From the NCBI GenBank assembly GCA_943368005.1, contig CALRKN020000008.1, positions 75,705-139,704 of the forward strand: DNA of 64,000 bases, written 5' to 3'. Below the pieces are notes generated by a model. The model ran no database searches, was not told the origin of the DNA, and saw only the letters and a program-made list of their open reading frames with translations. This stretch comes from Bradyrhizobium ivorense (GTDB taxonomy: Bacteria; Cyanobacteriota; Cyanobacteriia; PCC-6307; Cyanobiaceae). Positions 33,952-43,976 of this stretch are shown piece by piece (within the stretch, counting starts at the first letter, position 1; every line of letters begins with the position of its first letter). A program made the translations under genes and the position numbers.

Positions 33952-36615
33952 TTGGTGCCATGCCTGGCGGCACAGCATGGGACTGGAGACTTGAACACGA
34001 ACCAGTCCGTCACCCTGTCCGTGCCGCTGCTCTGCCGAGGGGATGCGGAACAGCTGGATCTCTCCCTAAGCAGCATCGCGGTGGCCGCCAAGGCCACGGG
34101 ACTCTGGCTCGAGGTGCAGGTGGTGCCGTGGCAGCTCACGCCGTCTGGACTGGAGCGCGTCACCGCTGCCCTCGCGTCCCATGGGCACCTGATCTGGCTG
34201 GAGCACGACGCCCCCAGCGAAGCGGCCGCCCTGAATCAGGCCTGGCGCCAGGCGCGGGGAGCGTGGATCTGGTGGCTGGAAGCGGGCGACCAGCTCGTGG
34301 CGGGAGCCCTGGGCACCTGGCTGGACATCGTCAGCCAGCAGCCAGATCTGTTGCTGGTGGCCGGCGAAGGAGAACATCTCGATGGGGACGGCCAGGTGCT
34401 CAGGCGCCATCGCGCCCTGCCCACCAGCACCTGGGTGCCGCAACTGACGATCCAGGGGCTGTATTGCCCGGGAGCGATCGTGTGGCGGCACAGCCTGCTG
34501 GCCCTCTCCGGTCCGCTGCGGGAACAGCACGATGCGTCCCACCTGCAGCTCAGCCTGATGGAAACCCTCAGAGCACACAGCCCGCGGTGCCTGGCGGTGC
34601 CCGAGCTGTGGGTACGCACCCGCAGCGCCAGCGATTGGCAGGCCCCGGGACGGTGCCGCGGCCAGGCGCTGAGCCTCACCCAGTGCCTGGCCGGACAGCT
34701 CGGCGACTCGCCCGGCGACATGCTGCACAACTATGGGCTGCAGCTCCAGCGTGGGGAGGCCCTGCCCCCTCCCGGCCGCACCTGGCTGGAGGAACTGGCG
34801 GATGCCATCACCACGGCCGAACCGCTGCTCAGCGCAGCCACCCTGCTGCGGCTGCGGCAGGGCTGGGGCCTGGATCTGGAGGTGCAGCCGTGGCAGGAGC
34901 TGCTAGAAACCCACTTGGCCGAGGCCCGGCTGGAAAACCTGTGGTGCGTGACGCTGCTGCGCAGCCTGCTGCATCCCGAACTGGGAGCCCTGCAGCTGGG
35001 CTCGCCCTGGGGCCCGAACCTGCGACTGGCCGGGCGACTGCTCAGTGCCGAGCTGTGGGGGCAGTACCGCCTGTTGCGCCAGGACGCTGGGGTCCTGGAG
35101 GTGCTCAACCGGCCGGTGCGGGGATTGCCACTGATCGGCCTGCTGCACTGGCTGGAACAGCCCCAGCTGCAACAGCGGTTTCCCCTGCCGGAGGCACTGC
35201 ATCCCTATGGCCGCTGGTGGGCCGACCACGCCCAGGCCGAGCTTAGCCATATCCGTTTTGGTGCAAGTGGCCTGATCGAGGCAGAGCCTTTCGAGGAATA
35301 CTCCGGGTTGGCGCAGGGTGAGCGACCCTTCGGGGTGAATCTGATCGGCCATGCCTTCGAAGTGTTCGGCATCGGCGAAGACGTGCGGATGGCCGCCCTG
35401 GCCCTGAGGAGTGCGGCAGTGCCCTTCTGCGTTGTGAATGTGCCTGCCAACAACGGCGCCTCCAGAGGCGACCGGAGCCTCGAACCCCAGACCCTGCCAC
35501 CGGGAAAACTCGGTCCCTACCGGTTCAACCTGGTGTGCCTGGCCGCCCCGAGCCATGGGGCCTGGATCGCCCGGGAGGGGATGGCCCAGCAACGGGGACG
35601 CACCACGATTGTGGCCTGGCCCTGGGAAACCCAGACCTGGCCCAGGGCGTGGGAATGCCTGATCCCCCTGGCTGATGTCTTCTGGCCTTCCAGCACCTTC
35701 ACCGCCCAGGCACTCAAGCCCTTCAGCGATCCCTGCCGGCGACCCATGCAGGTGATGCCCATGGCCGTTCACATTGACAGTCCGGAGCAATACCGCCAAA
35801 CAGAACGCCGCCAGGCAACCCGGGAGCGATGGGGCCTGGATCCGGCTGCAAAATTGGTGTTGTTTGTCTTTGATGTCAAGTCGTCGCTGGCGCGCAAAAA
35901 CCCCTGGGGCGCTATTGACGCCTTTCAACATGCATTCAGCGAGAGAAAATCAAATCAGGTGCAACTGGTCATCAAGGCCTTGCGGCCCATAGGTCCCAAT
36001 GCCGAATGGGAAAAATTGCAAAGACAAGCAAGCGAAGACCCCCGCCTCATGCTCATCGACAAAGACCTTGAGCGACAGGAATTGCTCGAGCTGATGGGTT
36101 GCTGTGATGTATTCCTTTCCATGCATCGCAGCGAAGGGTTTGGCAGAGGAATTGCCGAAGCGGGGATCCTCGGACTTGAGGTTGTCACCAGCAGCTTCGG
36201 TGGAAATGCTGACTTTTGCCTGGGCAGCTCCTTTTACCTGGTGACCTGCAGTCCCTCGGCCATCACCGCCAACGCCTACCCCCAGGCGGAGGGGCACATC
36301 TGGGGAGAGCCGAATCGTGAAGAGGCCATCCAACACCTTCAGCGAGCCACAAGGAGCCAGCCCCCCGTGCCTGCGGTGCAGAACTCCAATCCGATCCTCG
36401 ATCAACTGACCAAGGAAGCCTGCGGCCAGCGCTACGTCGAAGAACTGAACAAGCTTCTGCACCTCCTGACTCTCCGCCTGGACAACCAACCGTTTCCAAC
36501 GGCCGTCCCGGAGAGACCCGCGCCGGGCCCGGAGGCACGTGACTATCCAGAACCCTTTGCCGACCTGGCCTATGCCGGAAAAACGGCAAGAGACAGCAAC
36601 AAATCCAACCATTGA
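33952..36615 (+). CDS. 887-aa bifunctional glycosyltransferase (GT2-like N-terminal + GT4 C-terminal)
   Basis: N-terminal: VTLSVPLLCRGDAEQLDLSLSSIAVA, WIWWLEAGDQL. C-terminal GT4: FGVNLIGHAFEVFGIGED, LVLFVFDVKSSLARKNP, DVFLSMHRSEGFGRGIAEAGILGLEVVTSSFGGNADF. The start is uncertain (TTG at 33952 or TTG at 33991). The 3' end overlaps the convergent gene by 46 nt. Confidence 0.75.
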   Translation: MVPCLAAQHGTGDLNTNQSVTLSVPLLCRGDAEQLDLSLSSIAVAAKATGLWLEVQVVPWQLTPSGLERVTAALASHGHLIWLEHDAPSEAAALNQAWRQARGAWIWWLEAGDQLVAGALGTWLDIVSQQPDLLLVAGEGEHLDGDGQVLRRHRALPTSTWVPQLTIQGLYCPGAIVWRHSLLALSGPLREQHDASHLQLSLMETLRAHSPRCLAVPELWVRTRSASDWQAPGRCRGQALSLTQCLAGQLGDSPGDMLHNYGLQLQRGEALPPPGRTWLEELADAITTAEPLLSAATLLRLRQGWGLDLEVQPWQELLETHLAEARLENLWCVTLLRSLLHPELGALQLGSPWGPNLRLAGRLLSAELWGQYRLLRQDAGVLEVLNRPVRGLPLIGLLHWLEQPQLQQRFPLPEALHPYGRWWADHAQAELSHIRFGASGLIEAEPFEEYSGLAQGERPFGVNLIGHAFEVFGIGEDVRMAALALRSAAVPFCVVNVPANNGASRGDRSLEPQTLPPGKLGPYRFNLVCLAAPSHGAWIAREGMAQQRGRTTIVAWPWETQTWPRAWECLIPLADVFWPSSTFTAQALKPFSDPCRRPMQVMPMAVHIDSPEQYRQTERRQATRERWGLDPAAKLVLFVFDVKSSLARKNPWGAIDAFQHAFSERKSNQVQLVIKALRPIGPNAEWEKLQRQASEDPRLMLIDKDLERQELLELMGCCDVFLSMHRSEGFGRGIAEAGILGLEVVTSSFGGNADFCLGSSFYLVTCSPSAITANAYPQAEGHIWGEPNREEAIQHLQRATRSQPPVPAVQNSNPILDQLTKEACGQRYVEELNKLLHLLTLRLDNQPFPTAVPERPAPGPEARDYPEPFADLAYAGKTARDSNKSNH

Positions 36616-37646
36616 GAAGCCAAGGAATCACCACTGCGGTGCTCCCAGAGATAGAGGTGGATGGCCCGGGCTTTTCGCCGTAATCGGCGTCGATGATGGT
36701 GGGCCCAAAGAATCTGTTCAGCCCACTGGCCAGGTTCCGCCGCGAAGGCCAGACCGGCATCGAGCAGGTCCTGATAGGCCGGCCCCGGCGAACAGAGAGT
36801 GGGCACTCCCATCGCCGCATAGTCGAGCAGCTTGAGATCGCTCTTGGCACCATTGAAGGCGTTCCTCACCAAGGGAGCTAAGCCCAGGTCGTGGCGGGAC
36901 AGCCGGCGCAACCAGCGCACAAAGCGGGGGTAGCGACGGGCCTCGGGGGGAACGTCCACCACATCCAACCAGGACCGCTGCAGCGGCTGGCTGAGGCCAC
37001 CTACCAGCGTGAGGCGAAAGGCACGGGAATCGCGGGCTGCCAAGGCATCAAGCTCCGGCAGGATCAGGGCCAGATCCGCATCATGGGTGCGGCTGCCCAT
37101 GTAGAGCAGCTGCAGCGGGCCCTCTGCCTCAGCGCGGGGGAAGCGCTCCATCCCTTCCCAGAGCCCCGAATCCAGAGCATTGGCCAACACGGCATCGGCA
37201 CCGGGGGCCTGGCCAAGGGACATGATCCGTTCACGGCACCGCTGGGCCAGGGACGGCGTGGAGAACACACGTAAGTCTGCCTGGCCGATTAACAGATCCA
37301 GCGCAGGCAGGGCAGGAGCGTAGCGCTGCTGCTCGGGGTGCTCGGCGGGCAGGGCAAACAGGGCATCGTCCAGGTCCAGGATCAGGGGTAAGCGCTGCTG
37401 GCGGCAGGTCTGCACCAGGTCATGGGCAAGGTCGCCGCTTGGGCAGGCGGCCCGCTGCACGATCAGCCGATCCAGGCCCGCTGCGGAGATGTCCGGGACT
37501 GCCTGCCGTGCCGAGGGTTCCAGCTGCACCACCTCGCAGCTGCCTTGCTGCTGGAGTCGCTGCAAGGGCAGCAGCAGCCGAATCCAGGCAGAACTGGTGA
37601 GAGGTCCACCGGGTGCCTGGGCCAGCAGGCCGACCCGCAGAGTCAT
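36570..37646 (-). CDS. Glycosyltransferase (GT-B-like), 358 aa
   Basis: RVGLLAQAP...SAWIRLLLPL, LILDLDDALF, LLYMGSRTHDADL, GLAPLVRNAFNGAKSDLKLLDYAAMGVPTLCS. ATGA overlap with the upstream coiled-coil ORF. Confidence 0.65.
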   Translation of the reverse strand: MTLRVGLLAQAPGGPLTSSAWIRLLLPLQRLQQQGSCEVVQLEPSARQAVPDISAAGLDRLIVQRAACPSGDLAHDLVQTCRQQRLPLILDLDDALFALPAEHPEQQRYAPALPALDLLIGQADLRVFSTPSLAQRCRERIMSLGQAPGADAVLANALDSGLWEGMERFPRAEAEGPLQLLYMGSRTHDADLALILPELDALAARDSRAFRLTLVGGLSQPLQRSWLDVVDVPPEARRYPRFVRWLRRLSRHDLGLAPLVRNAFNGAKSDLKLLDYAAMGVPTLCSPGPAYQDLLDAGLAFAAEPGQWAEQILWAHHHRRRLRRKARAIHLYLWEHRSGDSLASQWLDLLLSLAVFPA

Positions 37647-38467
37647 GCCAGAACCTGGGCCATGCGGGCCTGGACCCGAAGGCTGGCGTCGCTACCGGTG
37701 GCAACCAGCTGCTCCAGCAGAGCCAGGCGACGGGCCAGGTGCTCCAGGTCCTGCTGTTGGGCCAGCACCGTGAGCTGCAGTTCGCTGGAGCGCAGCTGGA
37801 GCGCATCGACTTGCTTCAGCTCGGTCTTCACCAGGGCGAGCTGCTCCCCCAGCGCGAAAGCCTCACCTTGCTGGTGCCGCAGTGGTTCCAGCTGGCTGGC
37901 CAGCTCCATGAAGTCGGATTCCAGGAGCCTGAGCTGCTGGCGGAGCTGGAACAAGGCATCCCATCGGGAAGCCCGGCGATAGCGGTCCAGGCAATGGAGG
38001 TCGGGAGGGCGCTGATCCAGGGCAGCGGCCAGGGGATGAGTTTCCAGCGACCGATAGATCTCCAGCTGCTCGGGGTGCTCCTCCAGCAATGCAATCGCCA
38101 GCAGAGCATCCAATGGGTCGGCCTCGACAAAGCGGGGCTGGGACGCCAACGGCGGGGGCGACGACGGATCGACGCACCATGCCACCAGCGCCGGCACCTG
38201 AACACAGCTGAGATTCAACAAACGACAGCGCTGGCCCGCAGCGACCAGCTCGGGGAGGGCAGCCAGCACCTCGGAGCCGTCGGAGCCGGGTGCTGGCAGC
38301 TCCGGCGCCTGAACCCGAACCAGAGGATCGGCGTAACCAAGCAACAGCGGCACATCGGGCTGAATGCCCGTGCACTCGGGCACGCTGAGCACCGAAAGCT
38401 GGGCCCTCTTCAAGTCCTCCGCTATCCAGGACGCATCCAGCCCCGGCGACCAGATCTGGATCCTCAC
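37643..38467 (-). CDS. Hypothetical coiled-coil protein (family A, copy 2); coupled to the downstream GT
   Basis: 274 aa. AIALLEEHPEQLEIYRSLE block, then a long heptad-like C-terminus (LRQQLRLLESDFMELASQLEPLRHQQGEAFALGEQLALVKTELKQVDALQLRSSELQLTVLAQQQDLEHLARRLALLEQL). Confidence 0.55.
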   Translation of the reverse strand: MRIQIWSPGLDASWIAEDLKRAQLSVLSVPECTGIQPDVPLLLGYADPLVRVQAPELPAPGSDGSEVLAALPELVAAGQRCRLLNLSCVQVPALVAWCVDPSSPPPLASQPRFVEADPLDALLAIALLEEHPEQLEIYRSLETHPLAAALDQRPPDLHCLDRYRRASRWDALFQLRQQLRLLESDFMELASQLEPLRHQQGEAFALGEQLALVKTELKQVDALQLRSSELQLTVLAQQQDLEHLARRLALLEQLVATGSDASLRVQARMAQVLA

Positions 38468-38912
38468 GTCAACGCCAGGCCGAGCTGCTCCTTACTCTCG
38501 CAGCAATGAGGTCTGGCGGAGCGGAACGACCTCCAGACAGAGGCCCCGGTGAACCAGCAGCCAGAGGGATGCGCCCGCCCCAGGCCCTGAACATATCCAC
38601 CGCCAGATCGGTTTCACCCGGCACTCCCTCATCCCACAGACGCTTCCGCGGCTGCCACGGGAATTGACGGCTGCTCGTGCCGCCATCAATCCTTGTCTGG
38701 CGGAGCCGCCAGCCGATCTACTGGCAAAACTGCGGAAATGTGTTGATGGCGGGAGTGAGCCCTCATGAATGCAGGAGAAGGTAGGCTGCCACCGAAGAGG
38801 TCGCCTGGGGGAGGCCAGATCAGCCGCCGCCAACTGGTCCGATGGGCAGCAGACATAATCCTGGGTAATCGATCAAAAGATGAATACCACTTCTGGAGAA
38901 ACAAGAAGTCAC

Positions 38913-40931
38913 CTACCGAAGACCCAGCAGGGAAAACCCCAGACAGGAGTGCCAATTATAGAAACGAAGCAGCAGATCGGTGGCATACCCACCGAGCCCA
39001 CCGCGGGGGTCCCTCAGAAATGAACATGCCTCAATCTTGGCAGAGGTGCAATTGGAAAAGCGCACCCACTGATCAAAGGAATCATCGTCCAGCTTGCCTT
39101 GCATAATCAAATTAACAAGTGGCGACAACATCTCAGCGAAGAGCATGGAAAACACAACCGGCAAACCGATCACAAGCTTCTCCCTGCGGTCACCCACTCG
39201 CTGAGTCAACAGTCGAATACTGCGCTCAAACTCCTGCAAAGCAAACGTACTGGCATCATCAAAAAAGCAATACGGATTCAACTGTGAACGCAGACAAAGG
39301 TGGGGCATGGGCTCTGGAAAGTTCACCTGCATACCATTGGGCGTCAAAAGATGATCAGCAAAGATATCAACAAATAACGACAAACGAGAGGGAAGCAGGC
39401 CATCCAACTTGTCCCGACAACCAGGATAAACGACTATAGGGAAAATGGAAAGACAGGAATACGGAAGGAAGTCGGGCGGAATGGGCATGTGCGCCAGAGA
39501 CCTGCGAACAAGACCAGGGAACTCATTGGCAATTGCACAACACGAGTCGGCATCGATCTTAACCTCCTGCTTCTGAATCTCAAAAGGCAATGAATAGCGA
39601 AAACCAAGAAGATAGTTACCAATCGGCTCATAGAGATCCTTGGCACGGGATCCCCCCAAGGGAAGAGCCCCATGCACACGCGACAAAGGAGAGCTACCAC
39701 TCAGAACTTGCAGTATGGATTCTACATAGGAACGAGGAGAATGATGCTTAACGATATACTCTTGGCGTACTGAACGCTGAAGCAGGGAAGAACCATGGCT
39801 CAAAGAGGCAATATCAATTCCATCAAAAGACTGAAGCCCGGGCGGATAAACTGCCACAAGGGAAGGTGGGAGCTCAAGGTAAGCACCATGTCCCGCCACA
39901 ATTGGACACGCTCCGCAGGACAGAGCCCGCAAAACAGTGCCGCTTGACTCTCCAGACGCCGCATCCCGATAGGCCCAAACATAATCAACCCCACTCAGGA
40001 TCTCCACCAAGGAAGACTCAGAGACAAATCCTTGATCATCAACAGTGACCGAATCACAAAGAATAGAGAGCTCGTTGAGCGAAGCCAATGCATACTCGTT
40101 ATTCCTGCCTGCAACCGTTAGACGAACATGGCACGAACGAGAAAGCTGCTCCACAAAAGAGAGCAACAATCCAATATTGACACTGGTGTCAACGCTAAGG
40201 CCGTACAAAGCAATTCGTACGGTCTCCTGGAGCACGAAGGAGTCCGCACCAAGAGAGGCCTCACTGGGGGAGGCAGCATCAGGAAAACTTACGGGAGTGT
40301 CATGGGGGAGGGGCAGCACATGAATATCCTTAGTGCAATCAACTAAATCAAGTGATCGACGAATAAGTTTCTTTGCAGCCTGCGAATGACACACCACGAC
40401 GTCGTAATAGCCAAGAATAGATCCAAGAAGATACTCACTTTGGCGCACAACATCCATCGAGAGAAACGTCCTCCTATCCGAGGCGGGCAAGACCTCAGTC
40501 ACCAGAAGAATTGAACAATACCTCAACAAGTCATCGCTAGATGAATCTGATAACGGAGGCAAAGAACCATGCGAAAACTGATGATAAACTTGGAGCAGGT
40601 GTCCTGTGACATTGCGAATAGATGGATCGTGGACAATCCCAACCAAAGTCGGACGGGAAAATCCAGCCTGAGAAATACGGAGAGCAGCGAAAATGGCCGC
40701 GATGTGATTGAATGCAATATTTTTATTATTGACAATATTCGCGCAGATTCCTCCATTTCCTGAAGGAAAGAGCGAAGTCAAGGAATCCGAGAATAAATTT
40801 CGAAAAGAAGGACTTAGATGCTCAATCTGTAGCCCATTTGAAGACGCAACCAAGCGCTGACAGAAGTTGCCTACATCACTATGGGTGACTGGATCGCCAA
40901 ACAGAACAAGCGCAGATATATCATTACTCAT
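38913..40931 (-). CDS. 672-aa protein: GT4-like glycosyltransferase N-terminal ~400 aa + unknown C-terminal domain
   Basis: Low-GC ORF. GT-B C-terminal motif: VDYVWAYRDAASGESSGTVLRALSCGACPIVAGHG. The start overlaps the upstream stop by 8 nt. Confidence 0.65.
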   Translation of the reverse strand: MSNDISALVLFGDPVTHSDVGNFCQRLVASSNGLQIEHLSPSFRNLFSDSLTSLFPSGNGGICANIVNNKNIAFNHIAAIFAALRISQAGFSRPTLVGIVHDPSIRNVTGHLLQVYHQFSHGSLPPLSDSSSDDLLRYCSILLVTEVLPASDRRTFLSMDVVRQSEYLLGSILGYYDVVVCHSQAAKKLIRRSLDLVDCTKDIHVLPLPHDTPVSFPDAASPSEASLGADSFVLQETVRIALYGLSVDTSVNIGLLLSFVEQLSRSCHVRLTVAGRNNEYALASLNELSILCDSVTVDDQGFVSESSLVEILSGVDYVWAYRDAASGESSGTVLRALSCGACPIVAGHGAYLELPPSLVAVYPPGLQSFDGIDIASLSHGSSLLQRSVRQEYIVKHHSPRSYVESILQVLSGSSPLSRVHGALPLGGSRAKDLYEPIGNYLLGFRYSLPFEIQKQEVKIDADSCCAIANEFPGLVRRSLAHMPIPPDFLPYSCLSIFPIVVYPGCRDKLDGLLPSRLSLFVDIFADHLLTPNGMQVNFPEPMPHLCLRSQLNPYCFFDDASTFALQEFERSIRLLTQRVGDRREKLVIGLPVVFSMLFAEMLSPLVNLIMQGKLDDDSFDQWVRFSNCTSAKIEACSFLRDPRGGLGGYATDLLLRFYNWHSCLGFSLLGLR

Positions 40932-42342
40932 GGATAGCTCTCATCGAAGATTCAGCAGCACATAGCACAGCCGCGTCAAACTCAGAGATCCACTTACTGT
41001 ATACAGAAGCATAGGCATCCGTAAGACCTTCAACATAACCAGGGTTCTCGAGCCGAGTTTTCAGCCTCAAGATTGCCGCCAAGAATGTATCACTCGAATC
41101 AAAGATATAAACATAATCATCAAGACCATCTAGGGATACACCTTCAATGCCCTTTGCCGTTGACAAGATAGGTTTTCTTCGGTAAATCGCCTCAAAAGCC
41201 TTCAAGCGACTACCTCCGCCATGCAAAAGAGGAATCAACATGGCATTGGCTTGAGAATAGACTTCATCCAAATCGCTGGCATAGCCTAAATAATGAACAG
41301 CACCTTGCTCATCATAGGTAGGCATAAGCAGCTCCGAACCCTTACCATAAATATTCACAGCAACTAATGCACTGAGCTTTGAAAGATTTGGGATGTATAC
41401 TTGGTCATGAAACCACTGAACACCAAGCGAGTTGGGGAGGTATGAGCAATCTCCAACAAATGAAATGTTTAGCGGCTCATTACTATTCATGCCAGCTAAA
41501 AATAGGGCTGGCAAAGTAGCTGAGTCTTGATCTCTTGATATCACGTTGGGAGCCACGGATATAAGTGCATCTGGGTTAACTGCTGCAGCCCGCACCATGT
41601 CCTGATCTGTCGTTACAAGGATATTCGAGAACTGGGAGATGATCTTCTCCTCGATTAACCTCATATACCGCCAATCCCCGTGAACTGATCGGGCTTCAAC
41701 TGCAGCACCAATCTGCAGCTCACGGAGAATCATCCACTCGACATTATGCATGGATAGCAGGGAAGGGATGCCATGCATCGTGGCAATCCATTCGTACATC
41801 CCCATGTAGGAAAACTCTGCCCAGAATAAATCGGGCCTATATCTTTGAATCACCAAGGATAACAACGCCGAGAGCTCTGGGGTTAGATATCCAGCATAAT
41901 GATGATCAATCTTAGAATGGTGCCCCGCAGGAAACACAGCATGCAAGCACTTTACATGGATCCAATCATCATCAATCAAAGAGATCTTATACGGGTCCCT
42001 GGAAATAAAGTGTGGACATAGCTCAAGGGTGATTAAATTATAGTGCTGTCGCAGGCACGAACAAATATTTTGAGTTCGGATTGCGCCTCCCTGGCTACGA
42101 CCAAAAAACAAATACGGTGATAGAAGGAGAATTGTTTTCCGAGACCTCTGGAATGAAAATGCAGCTAGACCTTGGCGCAATCCCGAGGAATGCAAGTGAT
42201 TCAATATACTTAATCGCTGATTGTTCTCAATCCCTAGCTTTGGATTGGGGTTAAACTTGCTATTCTGATGGAAGTCACAGAGTTGCAGATAGTAGTGGTC
42301 ATGGGGCGAGGGAGAAAACTCATGCTTATCCATGAAGGTCAT
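40924..42342 (-). CDS. Glycosyltransferase family 4 (GT-B)
   Basis: ANAMLIPLLHGGGSRLKAFEAIYRRKPILSTAKGIEG (EX7E-type region). The N-terminal LLLSPYLFFGRSQGGAIR is typical of the GT4 acceptor domain. Confidence 0.75.
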   Translation of the reverse strand: MTFMDKHEFSPSPHDHYYLQLCDFHQNSKFNPNPKLGIENNQRLSILNHLHSSGLRQGLAAFSFQRSRKTILLLSPYLFFGRSQGGAIRTQNICSCLRQHYNLITLELCPHFISRDPYKISLIDDDWIHVKCLHAVFPAGHHSKIDHHYAGYLTPELSALLSLVIQRYRPDLFWAEFSYMGMYEWIATMHGIPSLLSMHNVEWMILRELQIGAAVEARSVHGDWRYMRLIEEKIISQFSNILVTTDQDMVRAAAVNPDALISVAPNVISRDQDSATLPALFLAGMNSNEPLNISFVGDCSYLPNSLGVQWFHDQVYIPNLSKLSALVAVNIYGKGSELLMPTYDEQGAVHYLGYASDLDEVYSQANAMLIPLLHGGGSRLKAFEAIYRRKPILSTAKGIEGVSLDGLDDYVYIFDSSDTFLAAILRLKTRLENPGYVEGLTDAYASVYSKWISEFDAAVLCAAESSMRAIHE

Positions 42343-43093
42343 CGACAGGCCGACCTGGAGACTGATGCTTGTTCGCTGAAAAAAGGGCAGATATGAGCTG
42401 AATAAATCTATACTGACTATGTCGATACTGCTGAATCAGCCCCAATGCCTTTGACTCTTTGAGTGTCATCTGAGAATGAGAACCGAGAAGCATTGAATCA
42501 AGCTTTGCACAGTGCTCATCAGATTCTCTCAAATGCCCTAAAGCAATAGCAAGCTTTCTGCGAAGACGATTTGAGCTATCATGATAGTCGCGCGACCAAC
42601 AATCCAAGACTGAGTTTACGGTGATATTCAGTGCTAATCTGTCGACGCAATCAAAGTCAGGTTCAGATCCAAATCTGATACTCTTATCTTCTAGAAAGCG
42701 GTATGCAGCTGCAAGTTGTGGCGAAAGCCTGAGAATCTCTTTCGTAAGGATTGACAGAACAGGATCTGAAGAATTAGGGAGGCCAATTGATTCGTGCCTA
42801 TAATCGGACGACTGAGTATCGATCAGATTCCTTACTGCTGCCAGCGGAATTTTTTCAAATCTCCAAAGAGCGCATATGAAATATCCTCGCTCGGCAAGCG
42901 CATATGCATTCATTATGTCTTCCACTGATTTAGCGCTTTCCGTGAATATACTCTCCAGGCCAGGATAGAGTACTAGTGTATGATTTCTATCGCTTTGATT
43001 TATAGAAACTTTCTTAAGCCCAGCTTGGTGAAGCAGATCCAAACCGGCTTGAGAAACCGCATGAGGCCCAATCCAGCTCAACAGTCTTGCCAT
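42326..43093 (-). CDS. Hypothetical protein (family A, copy 3); coupled to the downstream GT4
   Basis: 255 aa, low GC. The N-terminus LSWIGPHAVSQAGLDLLHQAGL and the block ILTKEILRLSPQLAAAYRFLED are collinear with copies 1 and 2. Overlaps the next gene by 17 nt. Confidence 0.55.
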   Translation of the reverse strand: MARLLSWIGPHAVSQAGLDLLHQAGLKKVSINQSDRNHTLVLYPGLESIFTESAKSVEDIMNAYALAERGYFICALWRFEKIPLAAVRNLIDTQSSDYRHESIGLPNSSDPVLSILTKEILRLSPQLAAAYRFLEDKSIRFGSEPDFDCVDRLALNITVNSVLDCWSRDYHDSSNRLRRKLAIALGHLRESDEHCAKLDSMLLGSHSQMTLKESKALGLIQQYRHSQYRFIQLISALFSANKHQSPGRPVDDLHG

Positions 43094-43220
43094 GGGAGTG
43101 AATAGCTATCCGACCAAAGAGAGAAGATGATCGCGCAGGCAATTGGTATCGAATAAAGTGACTGAAGACATCCAATTCAAAGATCATCCATGCGTGCACT
43201 TCAATACTTAGTACTGATGG

Positions 43221-43976
43221 TTAAGAGCCATATTGAAACAACATCTCAAGAAAAGACATCAGGTCGTCTTCGCGGCACTCATGAAGCAATTCTTTTCGAT
43301 GAACACAAAACCAATCATAGCCACAATTGCCTAAACATGTGATCGAGTTAATCAGGGTGTCTGTATCAAGACTACTGGAGTAAGGCGGCAAATACTTGTT
43401 CAAAAGCTTGCGGGAAAGAATCCTGGAGTTCCATACAATGGTTTGTGGATTACCATCGCCCACAATAGTTGCATAATCTAAATATGGATGAAAAAGCTTA
43501 ATGAGGAGCAAAGCTTTATAGGTATCGCCATGCCACGCCAAAAGATCAGGGCTTCTCTCCTCTGACGTAGCCCTACTGCGCGCTTCTACGCATGCTGTGG
43601 CGTCTCGCATCGCCGAAAATCGATCGCATGGAATCGTATCGTCTAGAACGATAATTGACTTTCTTTTGGCATGGTTCAGGCAATGACAAAAGTCTCGATA
43701 GGCCTGATCGAAAGTGTGGAGGCCATCAATGAACGCTAGATCAAATTTAACCTTAGGCTCCAGTCGCGAAAAGAAGATATCGCTTGATTCTTCATAAAAT
43801 AATACTCCATCTTTGGCAAAGTTGGAAGTGTTAAACCGGAATGACGGATCAACAGCAGTCTTTTCCTCAAAGGTCAGAGAGTTAAACGTCGCACCTGTTT
43901 CGACCCCGATTTCGAGATAACTTTTAACGTTAGCGATACCACCGATTCTTTGCAGTCTTCTCGCGGAGTGGCTCAT
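43221..43976 (-). CDS. Class I SAM-dependent methyltransferase (Methyltransf_24-like)
   Basis: SYLEIGVETGATF (motif I), FDLAFIDGLHTFDQAYRDF, IIVLDDT. Confidence 0.75.
   Translation of the reverse strand: MSHSARRLQRIGGIANVKSYLEIGVETGATFNSLTFEEKTAVDPSFRFNTSNFAKDGVLFYEESSDIFFSRLEPKVKFDLAFIDGLHTFDQAYRDFCHCLNHAKRKSIIVLDDTIPCDRFSAMRDATACVEARSRATSEERSPDLLAWHGDTYKALLLIKLFHPYLDYATIVGDGNPQTIVWNSRILSRKLLNKYLPPYSSSLDTDTLINSITCLGNCGYDWFCVHRKELLHECREDDLMSFLEMLFQYGS

Noticed and set aside
33945-35931. ORFs 33945..35246 (+, 433 aa) and 34903..35931 (-, 342 aa).
   Set aside because: They are shadow frames of the 887-aa glycosyltransferase, Ala/Gly/Pro/Arg-rich with no recognisable domains.
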